Counted from the stretch's first letter, positions 24,091-38,667 are shown. The stretch: 64,000 bases of DNA from Octopus vulgaris (GCA_951406725.2 OX597834.1:23498001-23562000); one strand, 5' to 3'. Notes: generated from the sequence alone by a model not told the origin. Program-made: numbers and translations.

Positions 24091-25174
24091 GATATTTTAA
24101 GTGCATACAGACACAGACACACACATATACACATATATGCATACATGTGTGTGTGTGTATGTGTGTATATATATATAGAGAGAGAGATAGTTAAACGTAG
24201 GTATATAAACACATATATACATATTTTAAATTTGTTAATGGTAATGTTAGGGTATGCAAATAAAGCTTCATAATGTCAGCTACCATCTAATGACACTGAC
24301 CAGTGAGTCAGTTTTTTGGGGTTGCATCATGATTATACTGATATAATATAGGATAAATATAATAACAATAAGTCTAGGATGGAATTAATAAATATTTAAT
24401 ACATCGCTACGCTCGTTTCCACAAATCACATAATTTTGACAGCAAAGTTGGTATTCTTAGGATTAGTACAATATAGAGCATATAATACTAGGGCATCAAG
24501 TTGATCATCATCATCAATTCATTTCATCAAGCAATTCTGCATTACTGGATGAATCACAGAGGGATGTTTATCTCTTCTTGCCAGTATGGAGGCCAAACTA
24601 GCTATTATTGTTGTATTATATTATATTTAACTTTTTTATACCTTTTGGTTAAAAAAATTTTTTTATTTAAAAATTTAATATTTTATATATATATTATATA
24701 TTATATTAATTATATTTATTATTTGTTTTTTATGTTTTGGTTTATGTCTATCACTGTTTGAGTTGCCTAATAGTGGTTTTATTTCTAATTTAATTTATAT
24801 TTATACTGTGAAATTTGATTTAATCCTAAATCTAATTTTTCCCTGTAAGTTTGGATATACTCCCTAATATTATTATTATTATATATATATTTCCTGAGCG
24901 TCCAATAATACTATATTTGTTCCATGTCCTCACGTTGTTGTTTTTCTTGTGCTTTCATGTTTGGATTAACTTTATATATATATATATATATATGCACACA
25001 CACACATATATATATATATATATGCACACACACATGCGCGCACACACACACACACACACAAACTGTCTTCTTTTAGTTTCTGTCTACCACTAACAAAGTT
25101 TTGGTTGGCCCAGGCCTATAGTGGAAGATATATGCCCAAGGTACCATGCTGTGGGAATGAATCCAGAATCATGT

Positions 25175-25615
25175 TTTATATTTGGGCAGGCAGTGGTGAT
25201 GTGGCGGGTGGTGTGAGCATACTTTTGGTTAGATAAAGTAACTGAGATAACCAGAGAGTGAAGGTGAAATTAGTCTTGGATAAAGCAATAGTTACATTTA
25301 TCTCTGCCTATGTTTCATATTATGGTTTGGCAAATGATCTGAAGGACCAGTTTTACAAGATCCTTTTGCAGACTACCTTGATGACAAATGAAAGTGACTT
25401 TCCTATTGTAGCTAGTGGGTTTTAGTGAACATGTTGGGCAACACTCGAATGAATTTCATGCTCTGTAAAGGGGTTACAGTGTTTGCTCTAGAAATGAAGA
25501 GGGAACAAGATTACCGGAGATCTGACTAACTTCACAAAACCAGCCACCCATCTGATCACCTATCAGTTTAGTGGACACCCAAGCCAGATTGACCACATTC
25601 TCAACAGAAATAGAT
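25175..25615 (+). mobile_element. LINE AP-endonuclease fragment, degenerate
   Basis: GGV.IL..., FISAY, KDQFY, RNEEGTRL, ITY...SQIDHIL motifs. Confidence 0.7.
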
Positions 25616-26699
25616 TTGATGCTTCATCTAACCAGGACATTGCCCCAGCTTCAGACTTGATCTGTAGCCCTAGGCAAGGTTATCTTTACGTATTATCCTC
25701 TATGCTATATGTCCTTTGTGCTTCCATTAGAACATCCCTAAATTTCTATTTTTGCTGGGGTTTTGTGTTTCCTTTATCTCTCTTTTCCGGACTGGTTTGT
25801 TTCTCTGAGTTTTCCTAGCTTGAGTCCGAAATCACCAACCACAAACCTTTGGTTGCATAATCCACAGACAAGCCAATGCTTTGTGGGTGAATTTGCGAGA
25901 TGGAAGCTGTGTCAAAGCCTGTCGTGTGTGTGTGTGTGTGTGCGTATGTAATCTTTTACCATGTTTCAGTCATTGGACTGTGGCCATGCTAGGGCACTGC
26001 CTTGAAATGTTTACTCAATCGACCCCGGATTATTTTACTCTTAAGAAGTCTGGTATTTATTCTATTGGTCTCTTTTACCAAACCACTAAGTTATGTGGAT
26101 GTAAACAAATCACCAGTTGTCATGTGGAGGTTAGAGACAAATACATAGACACACAGACATATGCATGAAGGGCTTCTTTCAGTTTCCGCCTTCCAAAACC
26201 ATTCCCAAGTCTTTGGTCAGTCCAGCACTATTGTAGAAACACTTGCCTAAGGTGCCATGCAGTGGGACTGGACCCAGAATCATTTAGTTGAAAAGCAAAC
26301 TTCTTACCACACAGTCACAGCTCTGTGTTGTGTATTTGTTTCCCCTTCCCCAATACATCTTGACAACCTGTATTAGTTTGTTTACATCCCTGTAACATAA
26401 TGGTTTGGCAAAAGAAACTGATAGAATAACTATCAGGATTTAAAGAAGTTTAAATAAATGCCGGGGTCAATTTGTTTGACTAAACCCTTTCTTGAAACAA
26501 GAAAAAAGGTTTTCACAGCCCTTCCACCCATGACATTACTGACCATCAAAGGTGTGATGGGGAAAGTCAGTTCAACTCAAAATTGCTAAATTCAAATGCT
26601 TGGTTTGACTTGATTTGTTTGCAGGGCTGGCTGAACACTATGGAAATTCTGGAGTAAATGACTTCTTAAATAAACTACTGCTCTCTGCGTTATTCCACA

Positions 26700-27215
26700 A
26701 TCTGAAGGTGGGGGGAAGAGTACCCCACCCTCAGGCTGGAGATGAGAGGAAGCGTACCCCATAAGCTGAAGGGGGAAAGAGTACCTTTCAAGTTGGAGGT
26801 GAGGGGAAGTGTACCCAACAAGCTGAAGGTGAGGGATGGATTACACCATAAGCTGGAGGAAGAAAGAGTGCTCCATAAGGTAGGGTGGGAAAAATAGCAC
26901 CCCGCAAACTGGAGGAGGGAAGAAAGATTACCCCAAAAGCTGCAAGTGAGAAGAAAGATTACCCCACAAGCTGGGGATGAGGAGAAAGATTACCCTACAA
27001 GCAGGAGGGAGAAAGATTACCCTACAAGCTGGGGGTGAGGGGAAAGATTACCCTACAAGCAGGAGGGAGAAAGATTACCCTACAAGCTGGGGGTGAGGGG
27101 AAATTTTACCCCACAAGCTGGGGGCGAGGGGAAAGATTACCCTACAAGCCAGAGGGAGAAAGATTATCCCACAAGCTGGGGGTGAAGGGAAAGATTACCC
27201 CACAAGCTGGGGGTG
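26700..27215. repeat. G-rich minisatellite (~27-31-bp units, AAGCTGGGGGTGAGGGGAAAGATTACCC(C/T)AC)
   Basis: ~17 tandem units with divergence increasing to the left. Confidence 0.92.
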
Positions 27216-27581
27216 AGATAGCTGTACCAGTACTAAGCTGGTCTTCCTTTTCAGCTAAGTAGATTGGAGTAACACAAAATATAATACTCTGCTTAAGGAT
27301 GTTACACATTTCCTGGCCCAGGACTTGAACCCATTAATTTTATGATAGTGAAACTAACCACTAGGCTGTGTGCCCTCACTATAAATAAATCATTGAATCA
27401 TCTGGGATAAATAGTCCTTCACCTGATTGATTACTTGTGCATTGATATAATAGCATTGCATTATTAATGAACTTATTAGCAAATTGATTTATAGATCTTG
27501 GAACTGAATCTGAGATATTTTTCAAAGTAAAATGTGGTTTGGTGAGTTTCCTGATGGACAGAAATTGTAAGCAGTAAAATC

Positions 27582-27614
<33 letters not shown>

Positions 27615-28324
27615 TAAGCATGAATGTATATTATGCATGTGTGTTTGTGTATGTGTTTTTATATAGATAGATAGATAGATAGATAGGGTGTAGTAAAAAA
27701 GCTTCCTACAGACATTTCAAACAGCAAATGCATGGAGCGCACCACCAGTTCAGACTTTACAAAACACGAAATATTAATCGCAAGCAAAGACACAGTAATT
27801 CATTTTGCAAGCAGAATATACTACCAAGTACATTAAAGGTTTACAAATCAATATTATGCCTTACTTTTGTATTAGCAGTGAGATGTTCTTATTCTTAAGT
27901 TTATCTCTACAGAAAATCAGAGCCACCACTGAAGGAATGTTTCATATATGGATATATCTAATGTAAACAAAGCAATCAAAGATAGGAAAAAACAGGTTAC
28001 AGATGTATATGCATGTTTCAGTTCTTACTGCTCCTTCAACACCACATCTGACCCATCAGCCATCCATGGATGCATTTCTTAAATACCCACTGAGTTTAGC
28101 TCTGTAACACAATTGAATAGACTAATTTACATATTAAACACATTTCTGGCAGCTGCTTTGTAACTATTAATTGCTGGTAGAGACATGGTATTTCATTTTA
28201 CAATGATAATATTCTATCAGGTATTGGGTCATCCCATAAATAATGCAGTTTTTTCAATTACATGAACTAAAGGTCAGAGGGGTATGGGATAAACTACCTG
28301 TATCAACTTGCTATAAAAGCAGGT

Positions 28325-28510
28325 GGTAATTGATACTCAGAAAACAGATTTGATTACATTCCTGGGGGAGAAACTAGAAGTAGTTGATAGTTTCCGCTAC
28401 TTAGGTGACCAAGTTAGTAGTGGGTGTGGATGCTCAGAGAGTGTTACTACTAGAATAAGAATAGCCTGGGCAAAGTTTAGAAAGCTCCTACCCCTACTGG
28501 GGACAAAGAA
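28325..28510 (+). mobile_element. RTE LINE fragment
   Basis: GEKLEVVDSFRYLGDQVSSG...RIAWAKFRKLLPLL. Confidence 0.88.
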
Positions 28511-28955
28511 TCTTATTCTTAGTGCAAGTTTTGAAAAGTGCTGTTCGATTTTTAGTTATTCTTTCAAAGCTATAATGGAAGTGACAAAGGAGCATATTTG
28601 GCATATTTTGCTTTATGAGTTTTCATATTCTCATTTCTCAGGCTTCATTCATGTATCATTATTTTAATATTTTGATTTTAATGTTTTTCATATTCATTTT
28701 CATGTGTCATTCATAGCATCATATTTTTATTTTAATTGTTATATGTCCCACATGTGTTGTAGTGGCCCCCTCTATGTAATGCCTTTATGGTAATTTAAAA
28801 GAAATAAAGAAGCTTGCTTCCCAACAACGTGGTCCCAGGTTCAGTCCCACTGCATGGCATCTTAGGCAAGTGTCTTCTACTATAGCTTTGGGCCGACCAA
28901 GGCCTTGTGAGTGAATTTGGTTGATGGAAACTGAAAGAATCCTGTTGTGTGTGTA

Positions 28956-29008
<53 letters not shown>

Positions 29009-30714
29009 ATGCGCACATCTTTGTGTCTATGTCTCGCCCATCACCACTCAACAACTCTGTCCAAGTTATAAAAAAATTTTGCTGTAATAATTACTGCTCT
29101 ATTCTTTAGAGTTTGCTTCTTTTCTGATATATGTTTATTAATTATGTATATATATATATATATATATATGCAGCATGAAATTTTGTCAGTGAACAAGTCA
29201 CGGTTTCAAAGCAACAAATATTTTGACACAAATTAAATTTAAATGTTGAAGTGAATCTAACAGTTTTTTGTGTGTTTTTAAATGGCTTTTAAAAACTTTC
29301 CACGTAATTGTTTTTGTTTCAGCACACAATCTCAGATCAAATCACTTGCTATGCAAGTACATCTCCATAATATATATATATATATCACGTTGACCGACCA
29401 GGCTATCAGATGTTGCTACACATCGCTGGTCACAAAGCGCTTCGCATTGTTTTAGCCTTCAAATGACGCCACTCCGCTGGTTAAGCGAGCAGGCCAACAG
29501 AAGAAAGAGTGAGAGAAAGTTGTGGTGAAAGAGTACAGCAGGGATCGCTACCACCCCCTGCCGGAGCCTTGTGGAGCTTTAGGTGTTTTCGCTCAATAAA
29601 CACTCACAATGCCCAGTCTGGGAATCGAAACCACGAGTCCGCTGCCCTAACCACTGGGCCATTGCGCCTCCATATATATATATATATATATATGTGTGTG
29701 GCAAAAGTGCAGCAAGAGCCTAGCTCTTCGCCTGATGTAGTCCCTATTTTGGGCCATCAATATTAAATTAATTTTTAGAATGAGGCAAAGAGTTAGCAAC
29801 TTGCTCCACTTTTGCCATGTTTCTTTCTCTCCGTATATATGTGTGTGACATACAAATGTCTTGGAACTGATCAGTCTCCAGACATTTAAACATTCAAGCT
29901 ATGCAGGCTGCTCTTTGTTTTACAGTGAAATAGATACACATCATTCATTGTACAGTGGTGAGTGAGTAGAAAAGAATGAAATTGCAATTTGAATTAAAAG
30001 TTGGGATGAATGAACTGTTACGTAATTCAAGGAGACGTTCACCTATATTGGCCTCTTGCTTTAGCTGATAATTACAACAAACAAATAAGGAAAATCATTA
30101 GAATTGGTTTTCTATCAAGTTTTAAAAAATTTTTCAACTTGTTCTAACATGTTTTGTGTAATGACTTGATGTGCATTCTTGAAGCTTGGAAATGGGGAAC
30201 ACTTAAGGTTGACATAACGACCATTTGAAGATTAAATGGATCTTTCTTTTTTTTCTTTTTTTTTTTTGATTTATCACTGTATAAGCTTACAACAACAGTG
30301 ACACCAACAGTGATCTGTTTCTCTCTCTCCTCTCACACACACTCTTTCCCCTTATCTTTCACATATTCTTTTTCTGCCTCTCTCACTCGTGCATCTCTTG
30401 CTCTCTCTTTATCTCTCTCTCATACACATATATTTTCCTTTTATCTCATTTCTCACTGCACCTACTTATCTCTGTGTAAGGGGACTTATATTGTCATAAA
30501 ACAAAGGTGCACTGTGATATGCCGTTTGCAAATTTTTGCTTTATACAGATATCTGATACAAAGTAGCTGCTTTCTCATATATGAGCAAAGCCATTGCTAG
30601 AATGAATCATCGAGTCATTGATGTTGGAATGTGAGGCCCTTGTGTGACTCTAGGGCCTAGCCAAAGATTTGCCTGCTGTTGCATAATGCACAGCTGTGGA
30701 CATCTGGTGAGAAT

Positions 30715-31400
30715 CATCATCATCATCATCATCATTTAGCATCTGCTTTCCATGCTGGCATGGGTTGGACGGTTCAACAGGGGTCTGTGAAGCCAGAAGG
30801 CTGCACCAGGCCCAGTCTTGATCTGGCAGTGTTTCTACAGCTGGATGCCCTTCCTAACGCCAACCACTCCGTGAGTGTAGTGGTGCTTTTTACGTGTCGC
30901 CGGCACAGGTGCTAGACGGGGCTGGCAAACGGCCACGGTCGGATGGTGCTTTTCACGTGCCACCGGAACGGAGGCCATTCAGGGCGGCGCTGGCAATGGC
31001 CATGATCGGATGGTTCGCTTACGTGCCACCGGCACTGGTATCACAGCTGCAATTTCCATTGATGTTGATCAACTTCGATTTTGGTTCTGATTTCGATTTC
31101 CACTTGCCTCAACGGGTCTTCACAAGTGGAGTTTTGTGTCCCAAGAAGGAAAGGTATGCATAAGTCGACTGGCTACATCCCAGGTAGAGGCCACGGGTTA
31201 TGGTCTCACTAGTCCTGCCGGGTTTTCTCACACACGAATGAATGATGAAAGATTTCCTAAGCAATTTTTGTATGGTGAGCTGGAAGATGGTAGGTGGCCA
31301 GCACGTAAAACTGGAAATGAGGTTCAAGGACTGCCTCAGAATTGCTCTGACATAGGCAGGAGTTTTGGTTGTTGATTGGGAGTGGGAGACACAAGGTGGA
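30715..31400. mobile_element. RTE 3'UTR (- strand, to ~31230) joined to a different LINE fragment (+ strand)
   Basis: Matches 3052-3620; then RMNDERFPKQFLYGEL. Confidence 0.8.
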
Positions 31401-32342
31401 AATATACATATAGGAGTGGCTGTGTGGTAAGAAGCTTGCTTCCCAACCACATGGTTCCAGGTTCAGTCCCACTGCGTGGCACCTTGGGTATGTGTCTTCT
31501 ATTATAGCCTCGGGCTGACCAAAGCTATGTGAGTGGATTTGATAGACGGAAACTGAAAGAAGCCCATCATATATATGTACTTGTGTGTCACTTCATAACT
31601 GGTGTTGGTGTGTTTACATTCCCACAACTTAGCAGTTTGGTAAAAGAGACCAATTGAAAAAGTACTAGGCTTACAAAGAATAATTGCTGGGCTTGATTTA
31701 TTTGACTAAAGGCTGTGCTTCAACATGGCCACAGTCATATGACTGAAACAAGTAAAAAAGATGAAAGAAATATATATATATATATATATCTGTGTGTGTG
31801 TGCGTTTAGAGAGATATATTGTCTAGATGGATACCACAGTAGCTCTCAGTTATGTTCCAGGTTATGGCTAACCACATCAATTAGTATTTAATGTCTGTGA
31901 CAACTAGGGGTTGCCACTCACACTGTAAACTTTGATGAGTAATTCCATGTTCACTTGATTGGATGGTAATATTATCTGGAGTGTATATTCACAATAATTA
32001 TAATGATAGAGAATATGGAGAGTGGTACATCTTCAAATTTTATTTCCTTTTATTTTACAGTTTCATACAGCATATTTTTATAGTTATGACGATCTACATG
32101 TTTCCACTGCACAGCGCATAGGTAGTTGCACATGTATAATTTTCTGTGCAGCTTCATTCAGGGTCCTTTAACTGCCCACTGAAATAATAATAATAATAAT
32201 AAAGCTGAGGTGAAGAACAAGTGTATAGTGTGCTTAGTTGTAAGGCAAAAAAAAAAGAAAAGAAAAGAATGGGCGTCCCCAAATATAGCAATATCCTTTT
32301 CAACAGGTGATTTCACATCAGGAATTTTTCAAAACAAATACA

Positions 32343-32397
<55 letters not shown>

Positions 32398-33930
32398 TGT
32401 AGAAACACTGCCAGATCAGACTTGAGCCTGGTGCAGCCTCCTGGCTTCCCAGACCCCAGTCGAACCGTGCAACCCATGCTAGCATGGAAAACGGACATTA
32501 AACGATGATGATATATATATATATAGGGAGAATTCACAAAAATAAAATAAAAAATGAAGACAGGTGGTGTAGACAACAAACAGATGTATTAGTATAACAC
32601 TTGGGAAGTGAAAAAGTCTTTAACATTTCGAGCCTACACTCTTCCACAGAAAGAAACAAAGAGAGAAAATACAGAATGTCTAGTGGCTAGCGATCTATCA
32701 CAGAGCATTGAGTAGCAGTTATGATGGTTGCATTTTGGTACGTGGGGCAAATCATCATGACACAGCTAACTCTTTGCCAATATTTACATGGCTTCCAGTC
32801 CTCCATGTCAGCCAACGTTTTCTCAACTACAATTTTAACCTTTATGCTCTGAAACACCATTGACTGTTCGCCAACACTTCAAGCTATTCCTGAAAAGGGG
32901 GACATGAAAAACCATCATCAAATTTCACTGGCACATACTATATATGCATGTATATATTTATATATAGATATATATATATATATATAGTGGTGGTGGTAGT
33001 GGAAGAGACTTCAAATCTAAAGAAGAAATTGTTCTGGTTGGGTGGATACCTTCATTTCAGGTTAGGTTGATTATTAGCTGAAAATAGATACATACACAGT
33101 AGGAAATTTCTGAAAGTTTTTTTCGGTTCATTCAAGCATGAATGTAAACTCGTGAAGAAATGTGCGTCTGTGTGTGTGTGTGTGTGTGCACTGTCTATAA
33201 ATTACCTTTACAATTTGAAAAATGTATAAAATATGCAAAATAAGGTTGACCCAGCTGGGTTTATTGGAAAACAGTTTCGGTAAAAACATCAGAAGACTTC
33301 CAAGAGGGCTCCATTGGTTATGAAATACAATAAATTGTGGAAGTTGTAAAGATAATTTATAAACATAGTGTGGCAGTACATAGGGTAAAGGTGTTTGAAA
33401 GTCTTGGTTTCTTAGGTACGTTTGTTCCAAAGCAACACTTATTTTAGTGCTGTTGACGCTGCCAGATTGAATGGTACTTCCCAGGTATCAAAACCATAAT
33501 GATATCCACGGGGCAGCTAATGATGGAGGTATGTTGGATTGTTGGTGTGGCTATTTTTGTATATGTGGAATAGTTATTATAACACATCCTTTTGATATCT
33601 ATATATATATGATGATTATATGTTTTTATATATATATATATACTTGTTTCAGTCATTTGACTGCTGCCATGCTGGAACACCACCTGAAAGGTTTTTTTTT
33701 TAGTTGATGAGTTTGACTCCAGGACTTCTTTGTAAGCCTAGTATTTATTCTATCAGTCTCTTTTGCCAAACTGCTAAGTTACAGGGACATAAACCGGCAT
33801 TGGTTGTCACATGATGGCGGTGTGTGGGGGGACAAACAAAGACACACACACACACATATATGATGGGCTTCTTTCAGTTTCTGTCCACCAAATCCACTCA
33901 CAAGGCTTTGGTTGGCTCAAGGCTATAGTA

Positions 33931-34126
33931 TTGGGTTGTCCGGAAAGTAAATAAATACTTGCCATTACATTTTTAATCAACCAATTTAATGAACCATTTT
34001 GTTGCACAATGCATCTCCATTTTTCCTTTAACTTGAAAATATCCTCTTCCCAGAATTGAGGTGCCTGGGAGGGTAAGTCGAAAGGTAAGCTACTATAAAT
34101 CAGCACAAACTTTGCGGACAACCCAA
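33931..34126. mobile_element. Mariner-type MITE nested in a SINE
   Basis: TIRs TTGGGTTGTCCG...CGGACAACCCAA with TA duplication; splits the SINE sequence ctatagTAgaa. Confidence 0.88.
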
Positions 34127-34221
34127 TAGAAAACACTTGCCCAAAGTGCCATACCATGGAACTGAACCCAGAACTATGTGGTTAAGAAGCAAGCTTCTTA
34201 CCACACAGCCATACCTGCACC

Positions 34222-34255
<34 letters not shown>

Positions 34256-34259
34256 CGTG

Positions 34260-34297
<38 letters not shown>

Positions 34298-34539
34298 AAG
34301 AGAAAGAGTGCAAAGGTAAAATTATCTCAACTCAAAATCTGTAAGCAGAACCAATCATGTGAATTATAGAATTACTTCTAATGATAATTTTCCTGAACTA
34401 GGTGCTTTGATACTTGAGGTAAAAGTAATTCTGACCATGATAATACCTTTGAAATAGCACCTAGCAATAATGTTATAATACTGATAATAATCCTGTCCTA
34501 ACACCAACTTCTGAGAGGATGATTAGTACTAATTCCATT

Positions 34540-35830
34540 AACCATGTGCACTACATACAATTGAATAAATGTCTTTGTAATTTCAAAAACAAAATTATCT
34601 GACCTTTAGGAAATCAGTGTTTAAGGAAGACTATAGTGTATCAATGTAAGGTCATTGCAGGGGACTGTACATATTAATGCATAAGTTCATTTGCTACAAT
34701 TTGGAAATCTAGATTACATAATCATTCTCGTTTATGTATAGACAGAAATGTAATTTTACAAATCTGTGTAAATGCATTTGGGATTTAAAAGACAGGAACA
34801 TTAACTATGTGGTTCATTACTAGCTACACACCATAGTACAATACTGGTAATTTTATGTGATCTTTACCTTGAGAAAATGTATTATATAATTATTTCTGAA
34901 TTAGTATTATTGAATTGTAAAGGTAATTTTACAATGAAATGTTCTCACAAATATAGAAGAACATTTAAATATTTCAATACTAAATAACCTGTTGATTATA
35001 ATTACTTTTCATATAATCTAATACACATAATTTAAAAAAAATTTTTTTAGCATATTTAATAGATAACTAATTGTCATAACATAGAATTCCCTTCCTTAAA
35101 ATCCTTAAAAATGTTTTAGCCCGAAGGCCGCGGCCATGCTGGGGCACCACTGCTGAATAAACCCTTGTTTACTTTTTTTTATTTTTTTCATTATTTACTG
35201 AGGTCATCAAAAGTTAAATACTAAACAGTAGGAGCATGGTAGTCAACGGTAGTTTGTACATATTTTTTACGACATTTCTTTTACATTACCCTTAAGTTAT
35301 TAAGCTCTAATTTTTACTTCGTAAATTTTTAATTTTTTATCATTCGTATCATTTGTAAATTTTCTTTTTGCATTTTGTCATTTGTACTTGTGTATGTCCA
35401 CTTTTAACTATAGTTTTTATTAGAATATATTTATTTGTCATTGCTTTCATTATTATATCATCACAAGTATATATTTTATTTTTATCCTTACATATTATTA
35501 ATTTTATATGAATGTTTACAGACATAAGTTACGTGGGAATTTAGTTTTTGTAAATTTTTATTTTTTATTTTTATTAATTTTATTTGAATTAAATTATGGC
35601 TTGCACAGTAAGGTTCGGCGAATCTATTTACACATACACATACTTATCTGTTAAAATTAAAATATAGTATTTGGTATCGAACTAGGATAAAGTTATTTAG
35701 AGGCCTGATGATTGGGGTTACATTTTAAGAAAGGTTCCTGTAAAACACTGTGTGCTTAAGGAACCGTAAAAACCTCAAGAAACACGTGTAGCTGAGAAAA
35801 GAGTAGTAAGTATTAATTAAAATTCTTTTA
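34540..35830 (+). mobile_element. Degenerate Penelope-like element (GIY-YIG endonuclease plus 3' region), possibly Naiad-type
   Basis: CLCN....*PLGNQCL..IVYQCKV....KSRLHNH...LCKCIWDLK.RNINY...CDL.LEK...LLN...C.H, followed by a hammerhead motif. Confidence 0.75.
35702..35793 (+). ncRNA. Type I (Penelope-type minimal) hammerhead ribozyme motif
   Basis: ggc-CTGATGA-[TTGGGGT...ACCTCAA stem II with inner GGTTCCT/AGGAACC stem]-GAAAC-ACGT-GTA-gct. Confidence 0.7.
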
Positions 35831-36265
35831 TATGGTGTGATATATATACATATTTATACACATACATATATCTATGCGTATATATATATATACATATTTA
35901 TACACATACATATATCTATGCGTATATATATTTATATATACTTATACACATACATATATCTATGTGTATATATATATATAGACACACATACATATATATA
36001 TAGACACATACATACATATATTTATATACATATATATACATACACGCACATACATATATATTATGTACTTGCATGCAAACACATAGATATTTGTATTGGT
36101 TTCTTTGTGTGTTCATGCTTTAACTACACCTAACGCTTCACTCATTAAGAAGTGCATACTTTGGTCAAACGAATGTTTTATGTTAGGCCATGGGGTTAGG
36201 CTTTGAAGTCAAGCATGCTTTTTACAAATTTTATTGTGTTGTTGTTATTTCACAGATTTGTTGTC

Positions 36266-36376
36266 ATGATGATAGAAAAGAGCCGCAAATATACTTCACC
36301 GACTCAAATAACAACAATGAGGCGATCCACACCTGTCCCTCTTCATGAAAGATCAAGAAGTATGAAGTTGTCTGAG
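36266..36376 (+). CDS. ODF2: ODF2-like, first coding exon (exon starts 36256; MMIEKSRK...MKLSE)
   Basis: tttcacag| acceptor, GAG|gtcagt donor, phase 0 and compatible with the next exon; no homology recognised for this exon alone. Confidence 0.65.
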
Positions 36377-37342
36377 GTCAGTCTGTCTCTCTCTCTCTCT
36401 CTCTCTCTCCCATTTTTACCTTTGTTTACCTTTGTGAATTCAGAAAAAAATTTTTCCAGAGTAAACGTTTGATTTTTTCTTTCTATATATATAAGTGAAC
36501 AAAGTAAACTTGATAAACGGGATCACATCACAATAGAAACATAGGAGAATTTCTGTAACATTACAATTATGATTATTATTGAGAAGGGCGTCCAGCTGTA
36601 AAAACCTTGCCAAATCAGACCTCATATAAAACACCCAATTCCAGGCCTTGTGCCTATAGTAGAAAGGATGATTTCCAGTTCTAAGGTGACAACCTGGCAG
36701 AATCATTAGCACACTAGCTGAAATGTTTAGCAGTACTTCATCTACCACTATGTTCTGAGTTCAAATTCCACTGAGGTCAACTTTGCTTTACATTCTTTCA
36801 GTGTCAATGAAAGAAGTACCAGTTATGCTCTGGTGGTGTCGATGTAATCAACTACTCCCCTTCACCCCCAAAAGTTTTCAAAGCCTTGTACCTAGAGTAG
36901 ACATAATTATTTCCAGTTTTATGAATGTTTGCTTACAATTCAAGTAAGGGGGGGAGAGGGGGGAGCAAGAGATCACATGACATTATTAGATATCTTGACA
37001 CACCTCTGTTGCCCCCCACCTTCCTTTTCCTTCCACTTTCCCATACATACACATGCACACACCTTTTTATACACACATACACACCTTTCCACACACACAC
37101 ACCTATACACACACATCTTTTCACACAAACACACTCTCATCTACACACTCACCTACATACACACACTCAAACTCATACAGACACACGGCACACACACAAC
37201 TCTACACATACACACACACTCTAACAATGATTATTACTCATTCTCTTCACTCCCTTTACACCTTTAGTTTTTTTGGTGGCTGGCCATACTGGAGCATGGT
37301 TGTGAGCTCTTGTGGTATATTATATTTTAATGATGTATATTT

Positions 37343-37391
<49 letters not shown>

Positions 37392-38139
37392 AGTGGATGT
37401 GTGGTAAGTAGCTTGCTTATGAACCACATGGTTCCGGGTTCAGTCCCATTGCATGGCACCTTTGGCAAGTATCTTCTACTATACCCTCAGGCTGACCAAA
37501 TCCTTGTGAGTGGATTTGGTAGACAGAAACCAGGCTCCAATCTGATTTGGCAAGGTTTCTACAACTGGATTCCCTTCCTAACGTCAACCACATATACATA
37601 CACACAGACACGCACACCAGTACATATATAAGGAGGTGCTGAAAAGTTCCTGGCATTGAGTAAAAGAAAATACAGGAGGATCAGTTGAAGCGAGCTTTAG
37701 AGACCTAATTTAACAAAAGCTGAGAGCATGCTGGACACCAACCCAGAATTTCTGAAGATTCCTACCAGAACTATAGTAAAAAAACACTTGTCCAAGATGC
37801 CACACAATGGGACTGAACCTGAAACCACATGGTTGGTAAGCGAGCATTTTATCCACACAGCCATGGGAAGAATGGAAAAAATTTCAACATAATTCCCAGA
37901 AAATTCCTGACAGGAAATCTACTCATTCCTTACATACTTCTCACCTCCATCTCTGTCACTGTGCATCCCTCTTTCACCCTCCCACTTCCATTCACATCCT
38001 CTATTAATCTTCACAAGAACACTTATGCCTCTCAGTGATTCTCCCTTACTAAGAAAAACAAAACTTTAAGATTTCAAAACCAACCAGATTTTGCTTAGAG
38101 TCTTCTCTCAAAATGGATTTTTTTTGTTTTTTCTTCTAG

Positions 38140-38274
38140 ATGAGCCGCCAATTTGATTCTGGAAATTTCCGGAACAGAAGATTAAAATCCAAGAAACCTG
38201 TTTTTACTCAGCTGCGAGCCCCATTTATTCCACCCCCAGCAAAAACATCAAAGGGCAGTAAATATATAACACAG
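38140..38274 (+). CDS. ODF2: ODF2-like coding exon (MSRQF...APFIPPPAKTS...YITQ)
   Basis: ttctag| and CAG|gtaagt; 135 nt, phase 0/0; APFIPPPAKTS resembles vertebrate ODF2 VPWMPPGKSS (recalled). Confidence 0.85.
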
Positions 38275-38667
38275 GTAAGTGTCTTTGTTACCTTTAAAGA
38301 TACTGACGGCTGTGGAAATTGAACCAACAACAATCACTGCCTCTACATGGTAAAAAACAAGTCTGCTAGAAATAGCAGCCAAATCACCTTCAAACCTTAT
38401 CTTACCTCTTTGTGGCTGTACCACCTGCTAGTGATAGTCAAATCTGACTCAACCCTATCAAAACTGAGTGACTCATCAAGTACAACTCAGACTAATGTGT
38501 TGAGTGTCACTTTCCTTCATTTAAGCACTCACACGCACACATGTGTTGCTAAGTAGATTGTTTCTCATCCCCATTGATTCGGATTTAGTCCTATTGCACA
38601 CAATTCTTGAGTCTGATTGAAGCATCGTTCGATCATATGCTCCCTTCTTTTTCTTTTTTTTTTCTTT

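Noticed and set aside
26700-27215. CRISPR-like periodicity
   Set aside because: Contiguous tandem units without unique spacers; eukaryotic context with no cas genes
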